A stretch of DNA of 64,000 nucleotides from Sedimentisphaerales bacterium (GTDB lineage: Bacteria; Planctomycetota; Phycisphaerae; Sedimentisphaerales; SM23-30): NCBI GenBank assembly GCA_963663965.2, contig CAXXFK010000025.1, positions 160,001 to 224,000 of the forward strand, in the 5' to 3' direction. The position numbers and the translations under genes are program-made. A model generated the notes under the pieces. The model was given only the letters and a program-made list of their open reading frames with translations, did no database searches and was not told where the DNA came from. This document shows positions 9,238 to 19,518 of the stretch, one piece after another (the first letter of the stretch is position 1; each line of letters begins with the position of its first letter).

Positions 9238-10188
9238 TCAGCCCTTAAAAAGTCCTTCCAGCAGTGGCTTTCTCATAATCTGCCGTCCCCGCAAGAACCA
9301 GTCTGTGGTCATGTCGGCGCTGCCCCTGGGGGGGATGAGGCCAGTGGCAAACTGGGGATCGGCAGGAGGCTTGGCGATGACCAGGTCCAGCGGAACCGCG
9401 GAGTTTTCATTAACGACGGCCAGTTGAAGGTTGTCAGGGTGGCAATTGCTCCAGCCATGCGCGCAGGGTCCAAAATCTTTGGTGGCGACATACAGCTTTT
9501 CGCCTTGATCCAGTATGACCGGTTCAAGTTCGTCAAATTCATCCTGTATGGCCGGAGGAATCATAAACTGGTGTGCCCATTTCTGTCCCCGCTCACGAGC
9601 AGCCTTAAGATAAGGTCTGCTTTGGTTAACGGGATGTTCGAACGCTTTGGATGAAATAAAAATACAAAGTTTACTGGTATTAAAATCGGTCAGTTGGGTA
9701 AAATCCTCAAATTTGGCGGGAATCATGTCGATATACCCGCGTTCCTGCCAGAGACTGGCATAGGATCGATCCGGATCCTGGATCATGACGTACGTCCAGT
9801 CAGGATTCCAGGATTCGTTGGGAGGTTCAAACCCAACCAGGATTGAACGGGCATCAACCGTGCCGGAGGGCACCTGTTCTCCACCCGGGTAAACAGCGGG
9901 ATTAAATACAAAGACATTATTGTGCCCATGACGAGGTAAAATGGATGACACGAGTGCCTTATTACAAACCGCGTCATTAATCGCAATATAAATCGCCAGA
10001 ACCGTCTCCGGGACTTCAGGGATCAAATGGGCCAACTCAAGACTGTTGATGTCTTCGATGGGCGAAAGATAATTCTCATGCTGACAGATCAAATGAAAGG
10101 CGTCTAGCAGGAAATCCTTATACTGGTCAGGGGTACAGGATAACCTGGCATAAGTATGGATAGCTCTTTTTATTTGTGTACGTGTCAT
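9238..10188 (-). CDS. Hypothetical protein, possibly a divergent cupin sugar isomerase
   Basis: 316-aa ORF ending 1 nt before the PfkB gene; C-terminal VILDQGEKLYV...HGWSN...AVVNENS loosely resembles a cupin/D-lyxose isomerase. Confidence 0.6.
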   Translation of the reverse strand: MTRTQIKRAIHTYARLSCTPDQYKDFLLDAFHLICQHENYLSPIEDINSLELAHLIPEVPETVLAIYIAINDAVCNKALVSSILPRHGHNNVFVFNPAVYPGGEQVPSGTVDARSILVGFEPPNESWNPDWTYVMIQDPDRSYASLWQERGYIDMIPAKFEDFTQLTDFNTSKLCIFISSKAFEHPVNQSRPYLKAARERGQKWAHQFMIPPAIQDEFDELEPVILDQGEKLYVATKDFGPCAHGWSNCHPDNLQLAVVNENSAVPLDLVIAKPPADPQFATGLIPPRGSADMTTDWFLRGRQIMRKPLLEGLFKG

Positions 10189-10203
10189 AATATGCCAAAC
10201 GTG

Positions 10204-10219
10204 ATAATATACATATTAT
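10204..10219. promoter_or_regulatory. Palindromic candidate operator between the sugar operon and its divergent regulator
   Basis: ATAATAT-AC-ATATTAT perfect inverted repeat 15 nt upstream of the 10188 start. Confidence 0.4.
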
Positions 10220-10259
10220 TGACAAATAATTAGCAACCATCAAGAAAAAAATCTAAGAG

Positions 10260-10288
10260 TTGACAAGGGGGTTTGTTTTTGATAAAAT
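10260..10288 (+). promoter_or_regulatory. Sigma70-type promoter for the GntR/LacI regulator
   Basis: TTGACA (10260-65), 17-nt spacer, TAAAAT (10283-88). Confidence 0.65.
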
Positions 10289-10314
10289 CATTAATTATTG
10301 CAGGAAATAAAGTT

Positions 10315-11436
10315 ATGGTAGATAATGCCTTAAAAGGTTTAAAATATCTTCAGATTGTTGATTTTGTCCAAGGTAAAATTACGAGTGGGGATTATGCTGC
10401 GGGTCAGCAAATTCCGACGCAAATTGCCCTGGCCAGGCAATTCAGAACTTCTCGTCCGACGGTGGAGAAGGCGCTGGATGCCCTGGAATTAAAAGGATTG
10501 ATTATCAGAAAAAAAGGGTCTGGTACCTTTGTCAGCGGTAATTCGGATCGTGGGGTAACTCAATTAAAAATCGGTTTTCTGGCGCCGCGCCCTCAGGTGG
10601 AAAATGATTTTGAACATCATTTTATTAATATGGTATTTTCGCGAATCTCTAATGAATCGAAAACGAATCGGTTTGCACTTTTGGGGGATACCGCGTGTTT
10701 TGGCAATGCGGATAATTTGCTTGGGCATGTTTTGGATACCTGCGATAAATTTATCCGGGAAAATATCAAGGGGGTATTTTATGTGCCGGTGGATTTCACT
10801 GAGGATAATGTGAAGATCAATCAGATGATTTGCGATAAACTGGATGCGGCAGGCATCCGGATTATTTTGATCGATCGAGATATCTGTCAGGCTCCTGAAC
10901 GAAGCCGATACGATGTGATCGGGATCAATAATCGCCGGGCCAGTTATCGATTGACGACTCATTTGATTGAAATGGGCTTGAAGGCGATTTATTTTGTGGG
11001 TTGCCGTCTTCATTCCAATGTGGTCAGAGAGCGTATTGAAGGTTTCCTGGCGGCGATGAGTGCGGCCGGTTTGACTGGACGGGTGGTACTCGATTATGAT
11101 TCCAAAGAGGTAGAGACTTCATCTCTGGCGCTCCAGAAACTATTAAAGCAAAAACCGCGCCCTCAGGGCGTAGTCTGTATCAATGATGAAACTGCCGGCG
11201 TGGTGATGCGAGACGCATTGAAGCTGAAGATTGAGTTGCCAGGCGGACTTCGTATTACCGGTTTCGATGATTTGCCCGCTTCCAGTTTGTTGTATTGTCC
11301 GTTGACGACTATCCGGCAGCCGGTTCCATTTATTGCCAGACAGGCCGTGGCGCGTATGTTTGACCGGATGGCCAATCCAGATTTTCCCGCAATGGATATC
11401 TATATTAGTGAACAGTTGATAATTCGTGAGTCCTAG
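10315..11436 (+). CDS. GntR HTH plus LacI-type sugar-binding transcriptional regulator (AraR-like)
   Basis: IPTQIALARQFRTSRPTVEKAL..L...GLIIRKKGSGTFV HTH; C-terminal CIND, ITGFDD and LTTIRQP. Confidence 0.9.
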   Translation: MVDNALKGLKYLQIVDFVQGKITSGDYAAGQQIPTQIALARQFRTSRPTVEKALDALELKGLIIRKKGSGTFVSGNSDRGVTQLKIGFLAPRPQVENDFEHHFINMVFSRISNESKTNRFALLGDTACFGNADNLLGHVLDTCDKFIRENIKGVFYVPVDFTEDNVKINQMICDKLDAAGIRIILIDRDICQAPERSRYDVIGINNRRASYRLTTHLIEMGLKAIYFVGCRLHSNVVRERIEGFLAAMSAAGLTGRVVLDYDSKEVETSSLALQKLLKQKPRPQGVVCINDETAGVVMRDALKLKIELPGGLRITGFDDLPASSLLYCPLTTIRQPVPFIARQAVARMFDRMANPDFPAMDIYISEQLIIRES

Positions 11437-11527
11437 CAGGGGGTATTATTCCCTAAGTGTTTATCCGGATTGATCGCAGCAGCAGTTCAATTGTCATTAA
11501 CTCGATCACCGTTTAAAGGGGTAACAA

Positions 11528-11887
11528 ATGGCTGTATCGCAAGAGTTTCTTGATTTTGTATTGGAACAATTGTCAGGTTGGGATAAGGTGGTGTCTCGTC
11601 GCATGTTTGGCGGTGTGGGGTTATATTGCAAAGGGATGATGTTTGGATTAATTGCCGATGATGTGGCTTATTTAAAGGTGGATGACTCTAAACGGGGCGA
11701 TTTTGAGAAAAAGGGGTGTAAAGCCTTCCAACCCTTTCCGGAAAAAGCGATTTCAATGCCTTACTATGAAATACCTGTAGAGGTGTTGGAGGATCGTATT
11801 GCCTTGATTCAGTGGTGTGACAAGGCGTTTGGAGCGGCAAAACGAAAAAAGTTTAAAAAAGGGAAAGTAAATCGGACACCGGAATGA
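11528..11887 (+). CDS. TfoX/Sxy N-terminal domain protein
   Basis: RRMFGGVGLY..G.MFGLIADD..YLKVD and MPYYEIP. Confidence 0.85.
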   Translation: MAVSQEFLDFVLEQLSGWDKVVSRRMFGGVGLYCKGMMFGLIADDVAYLKVDDSKRGDFEKKGCKAFQPFPEKAISMPYYEIPVEVLEDRIALIQWCDKAFGAAKRKKFKKGKVNRTPE

Positions 11888-12302
11888 TCTGAAGGGGTTT
11901 GGGCGGCCCAGGTGGCTGGGGTTATGATTTTTGCTAGAAATTGATGGATATTTCCAGATAAAACAGTTATAATGATAGTATCAATTTTGCCGAGTGTCGC
12001 TATAAGAAAATGAATTTTGTTTCTGTTTTTTAATCTAACTATCAAAGAATGCTCGTGTTATAACTAGTGTGGAATATTAACACCGCAGGTCTTGATGTTA
12101 TCTTAAGAAGGACAGGAAGATGGGAATGTGTCAAAAAGCATTAATTATTAATGGCATGAATGGCGACCTGGTCGTCTCATTGGGATCGGTTAGAAAGGAG
12201 GTGGTGCAGACATAAAACGGGAATGATAAATCATGGAGTTTTTGTGTTGTGTGTTTGATGGTAAGGCCTGATTTTTCACATTAAAAAAACGGAGAATATA
12301 GT

Positions 12303-13811
12303 ATGCGAAAGTTGTTGTTTGTATTGACGTGGTGTTTTTTAGTTACGATGGCTCAGGCCGGAACTATGGTGATTGATTCGGAAATCCCAAAAGATATTAC
12401 TGCAGAAGGAACGGGCTATAGTTTGTGGGATGGCATGTTTGTCAATGTTCCTGAAATTACTTTGCCAGTAATCAAATGCATCAATGGTATTTTGCGCATG
12501 GAGTCAACTAATTCTAGATGGGGCGGCAGTGAGTCGCCTTATGGCCCGTTTGTCTATGTCAATGTTATGGGTGATTTTTCGGTCGAAGTCGAAGTGACTG
12601 ATTATACTTATTTGAGTTCTGCCGGCGAAGATGGATGGCTGTATAATAATGACGGCGGGTTGATGGTGCGAGTACCCAACACCGATCCTTATCTGGAAGA
12701 CAACATCCAAAACTGTTTCTTCCCGATCTGGTGGTGTGGCAACTTCCTGCGCGCTAACGATGACGGAGCAAGAGACGAAATCGAAACCCCCAATAATGCA
12801 TGGGATGCCGGGCGCTTTCTTAAGATAACAAAGGTGGGAAACGCCTTTTATGCCTATTACAGCACTGACGGTAAAGACTGGATCGAATATAACAGTTCAC
12901 CCTTGATTCGAGATGATTTAAACAATATAACCCTGCAGGTTGGTTTGTTTCATGCCACTTGGAGCGACGCCTTAGGCGGATATATTGAATACGATAATTT
13001 TAAAATCACCAAAGAAACGGAAGGCTCCACCTCTGGCAATCTGATTGTCAAAGAAGGAAACGGTTCATCGAATTTAAGTGTTGTCCTGGACCGGGCACCT
13101 ACCTCCGATGTTATTGTTACATTGGATCCCAATGGCAATCCAGATGTCAATCTTGACATGGCTTCATTGACTTTTACGTCTGAAAATTGGAATGAGCCTC
13201 AAATCATATCGGTTTCTGCTGTTCAGGATGACGAGATTGAGCCAGTCGAAGCAGCTATTATTTCGTATGCCCTGACCAGTAGCGACACCAGTTTCAATGG
13301 CGGCTTGATCTTCCCCACTGAAGTTAAAATCATTGATGATGATGGCGCCAATTTTGTATTCAGTACGGAACCTGTGTCTGTACAAGAAGGTCAGAGTGTC
13401 GCTTACTCGGTAAGCCTGCTTAAGGCTCCCACGGCTGATGTGATCGCGATTCCGGATGATCCTTCCGATCCTAACCGACTGGAATTCGATCCGCCGACCC
13501 TGACCTTTACTCCCGAGAATGCACTCACTCCACAAACGATAACCGTATCAGCAATTGACAATGATGTCGTGGGTCCTGATCCGCGGAATATTGTGGTTAC
13601 TTATCATGCCACCAGCGATGATCTGGAATACAATGAACTGGCAGTAACTCTGGTTCATAAAGTCTTGGAGAATGATTGCGGCGCTTGGGGATATCTTGAC
13701 TTAGACTCCAATCATGATTGTATTATCGACCTGGAAGATTTTGCCGCGTTAGCCAACATATGGCTGTATTGTACTTATCCGAACGATCCAGCCTGTGTTG
13801 ATGTTAGATAA
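12303..13811 (+). CDS. Secreted protein: ConA/DUF1349-like domain, two Ig/Calx-beta-like repeats, C-terminal dockerin-like EF-hand
   Basis: Signal peptide; two V.EG...PT.DV...LTFT.EN...PQ.I.VSA repeats; C-terminal CGAWGYLDLDSNHDCIIDLEDFAALANIWL. Confidence 0.8.
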   Translation: MRKLLFVLTWCFLVTMAQAGTMVIDSEIPKDITAEGTGYSLWDGMFVNVPEITLPVIKCINGILRMESTNSRWGGSESPYGPFVYVNVMGDFSVEVEVTDYTYLSSAGEDGWLYNNDGGLMVRVPNTDPYLEDNIQNCFFPIWWCGNFLRANDDGARDEIETPNNAWDAGRFLKITKVGNAFYAYYSTDGKDWIEYNSSPLIRDDLNNITLQVGLFHATWSDALGGYIEYDNFKITKETEGSTSGNLIVKEGNGSSNLSVVLDRAPTSDVIVTLDPNGNPDVNLDMASLTFTSENWNEPQIISVSAVQDDEIEPVEAAIISYALTSSDTSFNGGLIFPTEVKIIDDDGANFVFSTEPVSVQEGQSVAYSVSLLKAPTADVIAIPDDPSDPNRLEFDPPTLTFTPENALTPQTITVSAIDNDVVGPDPRNIVVTYHATSDDLEYNELAVTLVHKVLENDCGAWGYLDLDSNHDCIIDLEDFAALANIWLYCTYPNDPACVDVR

Positions 13812-13847
13812 TTTATGTGATTGATAGTTAGATCAAATTAATCTACC

Positions 13848-13877
13848 GGGTCCGGAGTTTTTCTCCGGGCCCTTTTT
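13848..13877 (+). terminator. Intrinsic terminator
   Basis: GGGTCCGGAG-ttttt-CTCCGGGCCC followed by T5. Confidence 0.8.
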
Positions 13878-14021
13878 CATTGATTGTTCTTGAACATTCA
13901 AAATTTAAATTGTGCTTGATCGCGATCGAAGATTGCATGGAATATTGGCTAAGGGTATGATATAGTCATACTGGTTTTCATCTACGATTTCAATTTTTAA
14001 GGTTTTATTTTGGAGAATGAT

Positions 14022-15782
14022 ATGAAGCTTAAAAGTCTGGTTGCGATTTTCTTGCTTATTTGGTGTACGGATATATTTGGCGTTGTTATTTCGATTAACG
14101 GTCAGGCGCAGGTTCAGATTGTAATGGATGAGAATGCCGATGTGCCCGTGCATTATGCCGCAGAAGAGTTGGCCCGATTTTTGAAAGAGGTGACTGGGGC
14201 TGACTTCAGGATTGGGACTCAGCTTGAGGACGGTTGGAACGCGATTTATGTGGGAACATGCGGACCGGCGCCACTGGGTGATTTTCAGAATGAAGAGATT
14301 GGAATTTTGACTCAAGGTGATGATCTGTATTTGAGTGGGGGCGGCCTTCGTGGCCCATTATATGCGGTTTATACTTTTTTAGAGGATTATATAGGCTGTC
14401 ATTGGTGGAGTTCACAAGCGCAAACAATCCCAAAGCGGCCAACACTGGGATTTGTCAAGATCGATCATCGTTTTAAACCGGTCTTTGAGTTTCGCGAACC
14501 GTTCTGGACAGATGCCTTTGATGGCGCCTGGGCGGCGCGTAATAAATGCAACGGCCACAGCCAGCGATTGACGGCTCAGCAGGGCGGGCGGCATGTTTAC
14601 GAAGGATTCGTGCATACGTTTTATTCGTTGATCCCGCCGGACCGGTATTTTGCCGGGCATCCGGAATGGTTCAGCCAGATTGATGGCAAGCGAACCCATG
14701 ATCGGAGTCAGCTCTGTTTAACCAATGATACCATGCGAGTGGAACTCACTAAAAACCTTAAGGAACGTCTGAGAGTGAATCCGTCGGCTACGATTGCGTC
14801 GGTTTCACAGAATGACTGGCATGGCAATTGTCAATGCGAGGCCTGCCAGGCGATAGAGCAGGAAGAAGAGTCGCCGGCCGGTCTGGTACTGCGCTTTGTC
14901 AATCAGGTGGCGGCGGACATCGAACAGGAATTTCCGAATGTCGAAATCAGTACGCTGGCCTATCAGTATACCCGAAAGCCGCCAAAGATAACCCGGCCCC
15001 GGCCGAATGTCATTGTTCGATTATGCAGTATTGAGTGTTCCTTCAGTGTTCCGCTGGCTGATGAGCGAAACCAGAAGTTCCGGGATGATATCGTCGGCTG
15101 GTCACAGATTTGTAACCGGTTGTATGTGTGGGATTATACCACCAATTTCCGTCATTATTTCCTGCCGCATCCCAATCTGGGGGTGTTGGCGCCGAATGTG
15201 AAGTTTTTTGCGGATCATCATGTAGTCGGTTTATTCGAGCAGGGAGCCTATACCAGCCCGTGCGCGGAAATGGCAGAATTGCGGGCATGGGTACTGGCCA
15301 GGTTGTTATGGAATCCGAATCTGGATGGTGAACAGCTGATCGATGAATTTCTAGCCGGCTATTACGGCGCCGCGGCCGATGAGATCAAGGCGTATCTGAC
15401 GCTGATCCATCAATCTGTGATTCAGAGCGGTGACTGGCTGGGATGTTTTTCGCCGGATGACGCTAAATTTTTAAATTATGATACCCTGGCTCAGGGCTGG
15501 ATGCATCTGCAGGCAGCGGAGGCGATGGTGAGCGATAATACGGAACTGGTCCAGCGGGTACAGGTTGCCCAGTTGCCGGTGATGTATGCGGTGATGCGTA
15601 ACTGGAAAAAATTCCAGCAGCAGGCTGCCGATTCTGATTTGATCTGGCCAATGGCAAAAACGCCCGATGAAGTCTATGAGCAATTTATGCAGATTGCCCG
15701 CGATAAAAAGGTCACCCGGTTGAACGAGTGGCAGGATGGATTTGCGCTGTTGGACGATGCGTTAAAAAAAGCGAAACAATGA
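14022..15782 (+). CDS. DUF4838 domain protein (putative secreted glycoside hydrolase)
   Basis: Signal peptide; GH20/67-like N-domain (YAAEEL..FL, LYAVYTFLEDYIGCHWW); HTFY.LIPP..YF..HPEWF, QLCLTN, SQND...CQC..C, TLAYQY. Confidence 0.85.
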   Translation: MKLKSLVAIFLLIWCTDIFGVVISINGQAQVQIVMDENADVPVHYAAEELARFLKEVTGADFRIGTQLEDGWNAIYVGTCGPAPLGDFQNEEIGILTQGDDLYLSGGGLRGPLYAVYTFLEDYIGCHWWSSQAQTIPKRPTLGFVKIDHRFKPVFEFREPFWTDAFDGAWAARNKCNGHSQRLTAQQGGRHVYEGFVHTFYSLIPPDRYFAGHPEWFSQIDGKRTHDRSQLCLTNDTMRVELTKNLKERLRVNPSATIASVSQNDWHGNCQCEACQAIEQEEESPAGLVLRFVNQVAADIEQEFPNVEISTLAYQYTRKPPKITRPRPNVIVRLCSIECSFSVPLADERNQKFRDDIVGWSQICNRLYVWDYTTNFRHYFLPHPNLGVLAPNVKFFADHHVVGLFEQGAYTSPCAEMAELRAWVLARLLWNPNLDGEQLIDEFLAGYYGAAADEIKAYLTLIHQSVIQSGDWLGCFSPDDAKFLNYDTLAQGWMHLQAAEAMVSDNTELVQRVQVAQLPVMYAVMRNWKKFQQQAADSDLIWPMAKTPDEVYEQFMQIARDKKVTRLNEWQDGFALLDDALKKAKQ

Positions 15783-15912
15783 GGATGATATTAATATGAT
15801 CAATTATACAAGTCCCCAAAAGAGGTTTGCTTTCAGTTGTTTAATCATTGGGAGCAGTGTTTATTGTCTGGGATGTCTATCTATTACCGAGATATACAGG
15901 AGTCAAACGACT

Positions 15913-16353
15913 ATGGAAGCACGTATCAGTACAATCACTCTTGGAGTTTCTGACCTGGAACGATCTTATCGATTTTATAAAGAGGGATTGGGTTTTTCAA
16001 CAAAGATGACTCCAGATGGGGGAATCGTGATCTTTTCGATGCAGGGGACCTTATTGTCCTTGTATCCTTATGATAAACTGGCAGAGGATGTCACCCTGTC
16101 GATCAAAGACGGCCCATCGGAAAAAGGGCGATTCCCGGGATTTACCCTGGCCCATACCGTGCGAAAAAAAGATGAGGTCGACACCGTGCTGGCGTTGGCC
16201 GGGAAGGCCGGCGGAGCTATCATTAAACCGGCCCAGGATGTTTTCTGGGGCGGCTACAGCGGTTATTTTGCCGATCCGGACGGTTATCTCTGGGAAGTCA
16301 ATTATTCCGAAGCATTTAAATTTAATGCCGATGGCAGTTTGTCGATAGAATAA
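15913..16353 (+). CDS. VOC/glyoxalase family protein
   Basis: AGGAG RBS before ATG 15913; ISTITLGVSDLERS, KPAQDVFWGGYSGYFADPDGYLWEV. Confidence 0.9.
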   Translation: MEARISTITLGVSDLERSYRFYKEGLGFSTKMTPDGGIVIFSMQGTLLSLYPYDKLAEDVTLSIKDGPSEKGRFPGFTLAHTVRKKDEVDTVLALAGKAGGAIIKPAQDVFWGGYSGYFADPDGYLWEVNYSEAFKFNADGSLSIE

Positions 16354-16363
16354 TCTGGTACTG

Positions 16364-18349
16364 TCAGTCATCCAGAATGATATCGATTTCTGCAGCAGAA
16401 GAAATTTCTTTCCGGGTAGCGGATTCAAGTGAAACAAATTTTAGAAATTGAGTTTCGACAGATTCTGGAAGCCTGATCATTTGTTTTGCGGCAGAATTTT
16501 CAAGTGTGCCGGAGGTGAGTGGTTGGCCCCAGTTGCGACCATCGTTTGAAGCAAAAATCTGGTAATGAGTGCACCGTCCGTTTGGCATATCCTGACGCGG
16601 GTAATAAGTGAGCGCCCGGATCGATTGTGGGCTGTTCAGTTCAATGATCAGTTCATGTGGAAATGGCAGTCGGGGTGTCCAGGGAGTATGCCAGATGGTG
16701 GAGAGATTGCCGTCGATGGCTTTTTCCGGTTGGTTGCCATCAGCGGCTGGAATATTGCTTTTAATCGTAGCGCCCAGTTTTTTCAACATGGACTGGATGG
16801 TAAGTGGCTGAGGTGTATTAGAGACCTTAAGAGTTCCATCTCCGGTGCGGGGTGGAGACATTTGCGCCTCCCACTTTTCGTAAAGACCGGTCAGTTCGCG
16901 GACTACTTCTGGATACTGGTCGGCCAGGTTTTTTTGTTCAGAGATATCCTGCTCAAGATCAAATAACAAAATACCTCCAGGATAAACTATTTCGTTTTCG
17001 TCACGAACGCAAACCTCCTCGACAATTTTATAATTGGAATGGCGCCAACCGATGTTGTGGGCGAGTTTCCAAGGGCCTTTTCGGACGGTCCAGCTATCGT
17101 TGCGACCGTAGGACCAGACGAGATGGTCATGTTGTTGAGTAAGCCGGCCTTTAAGCAGAGGGATCAAACTGAGACCGTCAACATTAGCCGGGATATCTAT
17201 GTCAGCCAGTTCCAGGACTGTCGGGAAAATATCCATAGCAGAGACCAGCGCTTCACTGGTGTGGTTAATCGGCAAGCGCTTGGGGTAAGAAACAATAATC
17301 GGAATGCGAACCCCACCTTCGCCATACATATATTTCCAGCCGCGCAGAGGGGTGTTATTAGAATAGGTATTGATCGTACCGCCGTTATCAGAGAGGAAGA
17401 CAACCAGGGTATCATTCCGTTGATCCGTTTGATCGAGTGTTTCGAGCAGGCGACCGATATTGTCATCCAGCGCCATGAGCTGGGCGATATAGCGTTTGCG
17501 GCCATCAGGAATCACTTCACCAAGAAGCCCCCATTTTTCATGGAAAACAGTGTGGGGTTCCCGGGTGGGCTCCCAATAGGGAAATTGCCATTGTTGGGCG
17601 TTGCGGTCAAAGGGAATAAATTCGACGCCGACCTTTTGGGCATAATGTTGCGGGACGACATAAATAGGAGCATGGACAGCGTTATATTCCAATTCAATGT
17701 AAAATGGTCGGCCATTACGGTCACGGCGTATCAGTTCGATCGCTTCATCAGTAAAGATTTCAGTGGAAAAACCATTTTCATAAGATACTTTCTGGTCGCG
17801 GCCGCGTATCAACGGGCCAACAACCTGACAACCGAAGTCCTTGACGCCTTTTTTTCGATAAGCTTCGACATCTTTTTCGCTAAGCCGGATATAATCCCAG
17901 GTATGAAACATGAAGCCAATGGATTCATCAAATCCGTGATCCAGCGGATGTTCTACCGGACCGCCGTTGAGGTGCGTTTTTCCGATTTTTTTAGAGAGAT
18001 AACCTGAGGGCGCCAGAGCCTGAGGTAAGGTTAATTCGGTAGGGGGCAGGCCTCCGTCACCAAACCAGTAATTGCCCCAGCGTTGCTGATAACGGCCGGT
18101 GATCAGACCACAGCGACTGGGACTGCATATCGGGGAGGTGGCGTAGGCATTGGAGAAATAGGTACCTTGTGCTGCCAGCGAGTCAATGGCCGGGGTATGA
18201 ACATCGGCTGGGGATTGCGACAGGAAACTCAGGTCGGCATAGCCAAGATCGTCGGCAACGATAATGAGAATATTGGGTTTGGTGGATTCGGCCATCAGTG
18301 GTATCGAAAGGATAGCTGTCAACAGCAAGTATAATGGATTAATTTTCAT
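16364..18349 (-). CDS. Sulfatase (S1, Cys-type) with C-terminal F5/8 type C (discoidin) domain
   Basis: PNILIIVADDLG, CSPSR, GKTHL, SDNGG; C-terminal AIDGNLSTIWHT...YYPRQD. Confidence 0.92.
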   Translation of the reverse strand: MKINPLYLLLTAILSIPLMAESTKPNILIIVADDLGYADLSFLSQSPADVHTPAIDSLAAQGTYFSNAYATSPICSPSRCGLITGRYQQRWGNYWFGDGGLPPTELTLPQALAPSGYLSKKIGKTHLNGGPVEHPLDHGFDESIGFMFHTWDYIRLSEKDVEAYRKKGVKDFGCQVVGPLIRGRDQKVSYENGFSTEIFTDEAIELIRRDRNGRPFYIELEYNAVHAPIYVVPQHYAQKVGVEFIPFDRNAQQWQFPYWEPTREPHTVFHEKWGLLGEVIPDGRKRYIAQLMALDDNIGRLLETLDQTDQRNDTLVVFLSDNGGTINTYSNNTPLRGWKYMYGEGGVRIPIIVSYPKRLPINHTSEALVSAMDIFPTVLELADIDIPANVDGLSLIPLLKGRLTQQHDHLVWSYGRNDSWTVRKGPWKLAHNIGWRHSNYKIVEEVCVRDENEIVYPGGILLFDLEQDISEQKNLADQYPEVVRELTGLYEKWEAQMSPPRTGDGTLKVSNTPQPLTIQSMLKKLGATIKSNIPAADGNQPEKAIDGNLSTIWHTPWTPRLPFPHELIIELNSPQSIRALTYYPRQDMPNGRCTHYQIFASNDGRNWGQPLTSGTLENSAAKQMIRLPESVETQFLKFVSLESATRKEISSAAEIDIILDD

Positions 18350-18612
18350 AATTTATACGTTCAATTTGAGTCTGGTAGGGGATTAACAGTTATTTAGATT
18401 TCAGGGAACCTTGACTATTCTAAATTATAATGGATTACGCTGACAGGTATTAACACAAAATTGTATCAAATTATCGCCATTTTGAGTATGGAAATCATTT
18501 TGTTAACAAGTTCAGAAAATTCGGCTTAGACCTCGAGTTTCAGTTGTCAATCCATTTTCATAAATGGAATTTCCCATTGAAATTCCAATTGGAATGGTAT
18601 ATTACATCGGAT

Positions 18613-19491
18613 ATGAACATAGAGACATCCATCGAAAATACCCGTGATATTATCCGGCAGGCACGAGTTAAAGGTGCGGCTATTGGTTTAGTTCCCACCA
18701 TGGGCGCATTGCATGCCGGTCATTATGCCCTGGTGCAAGCGTGCCGGGAGCAATGCGGCTTTTGTGCAGTAAGTATCTTTGTCAATCCCACGCAATTTGG
18801 TCCGAACGAAGATTTAGATCGATATCCAAGGACCTTTGAAGCCGATTGCCGGGGATGTCGCGATTTGGGAGTAGATCTGGTATTCGCTCCGACTGTTACA
18901 GAAATGTATCCTGATCCTTCGAGTCATATCTGGGTCACGGTCGATACGCTTTCAGATTGCTTATGCGGAGCATCGCGCCCTGATCATTTTAGGGGTGTTT
19001 GTACGGTGGTTAGCAAACTCTTTCATATTATCCAGCCGGATCTGGCCTTTTTCGGCCGAAAAGACGCCCAGCAGCTGGCCATTATCCGGCGGATGGTTCG
19101 GGAACTGGATATTCCGGTCGAAATTATCGGGTGCCCGACAGTACGGGAATCAGATGGATTGGCACTATCCAGCCGTAACCGGTATCTGAATGCAGAAGAA
19201 CGCCGTCAGGCGGTCTGCCTCTTTCAAGCGTTGCAATCCGCCGCAGATGCGATCCGGCAGGGTGTGACTGACTGTCAGGGTATTATCGCCAATATGCGTT
19301 CAATGATTGAAGCGTATCCGGCTTGTCGAATCGATTATATTGAGATGGTCGACAGCGAATTGCTCCAGCCGATCAGCCATCTGGACCAGCCGGCGCTTTT
19401 GGCATTGGCCGTGTTTCTGGGGGCAACCCGTTTGATCGATAATATGAGTATCGAGCCGCAAGGCACGTGTGGCTGGGAAACGGTTCTATAG
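18613..19491 (+). CDS. panC: Pantoate--beta-alanine ligase
   Basis: VPTMGALHAGH, SIFVNPTQF, RPDHFRGV, FGRKDAQQ, RESDGLALSSRN, RLIDN. Confidence 0.97.
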   Translation: MNIETSIENTRDIIRQARVKGAAIGLVPTMGALHAGHYALVQACREQCGFCAVSIFVNPTQFGPNEDLDRYPRTFEADCRGCRDLGVDLVFAPTVTEMYPDPSSHIWVTVDTLSDCLCGASRPDHFRGVCTVVSKLFHIIQPDLAFFGRKDAQQLAIIRRMVRELDIPVEIIGCPTVRESDGLALSSRNRYLNAEERRQAVCLFQALQSAADAIRQGVTDCQGIIANMRSMIEAYPACRIDYIEMVDSELLQPISHLDQPALLALAVFLGATRLIDNMSIEPQGTCGWETVL

Positions 19492-19509
19492 CAATTTGAC
19501 AGGTTTATT

Positions 19510-19518
19510 AAACCGGTT
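19510..19518 (+). repeat. Left 9-bp target-site duplication of the IS4 element
   Basis: AAACCGGTT, identical to 21018-21026. Confidence 0.9.

Noticed and set aside
17039..18007. Long antisense ORFs (also 28861-29745, 48747-49682, 3449-4048, 39543-40097, 42179-42691)
   Set aside because: Shadow frames opposite well-supported genes, with no recognisable motifs
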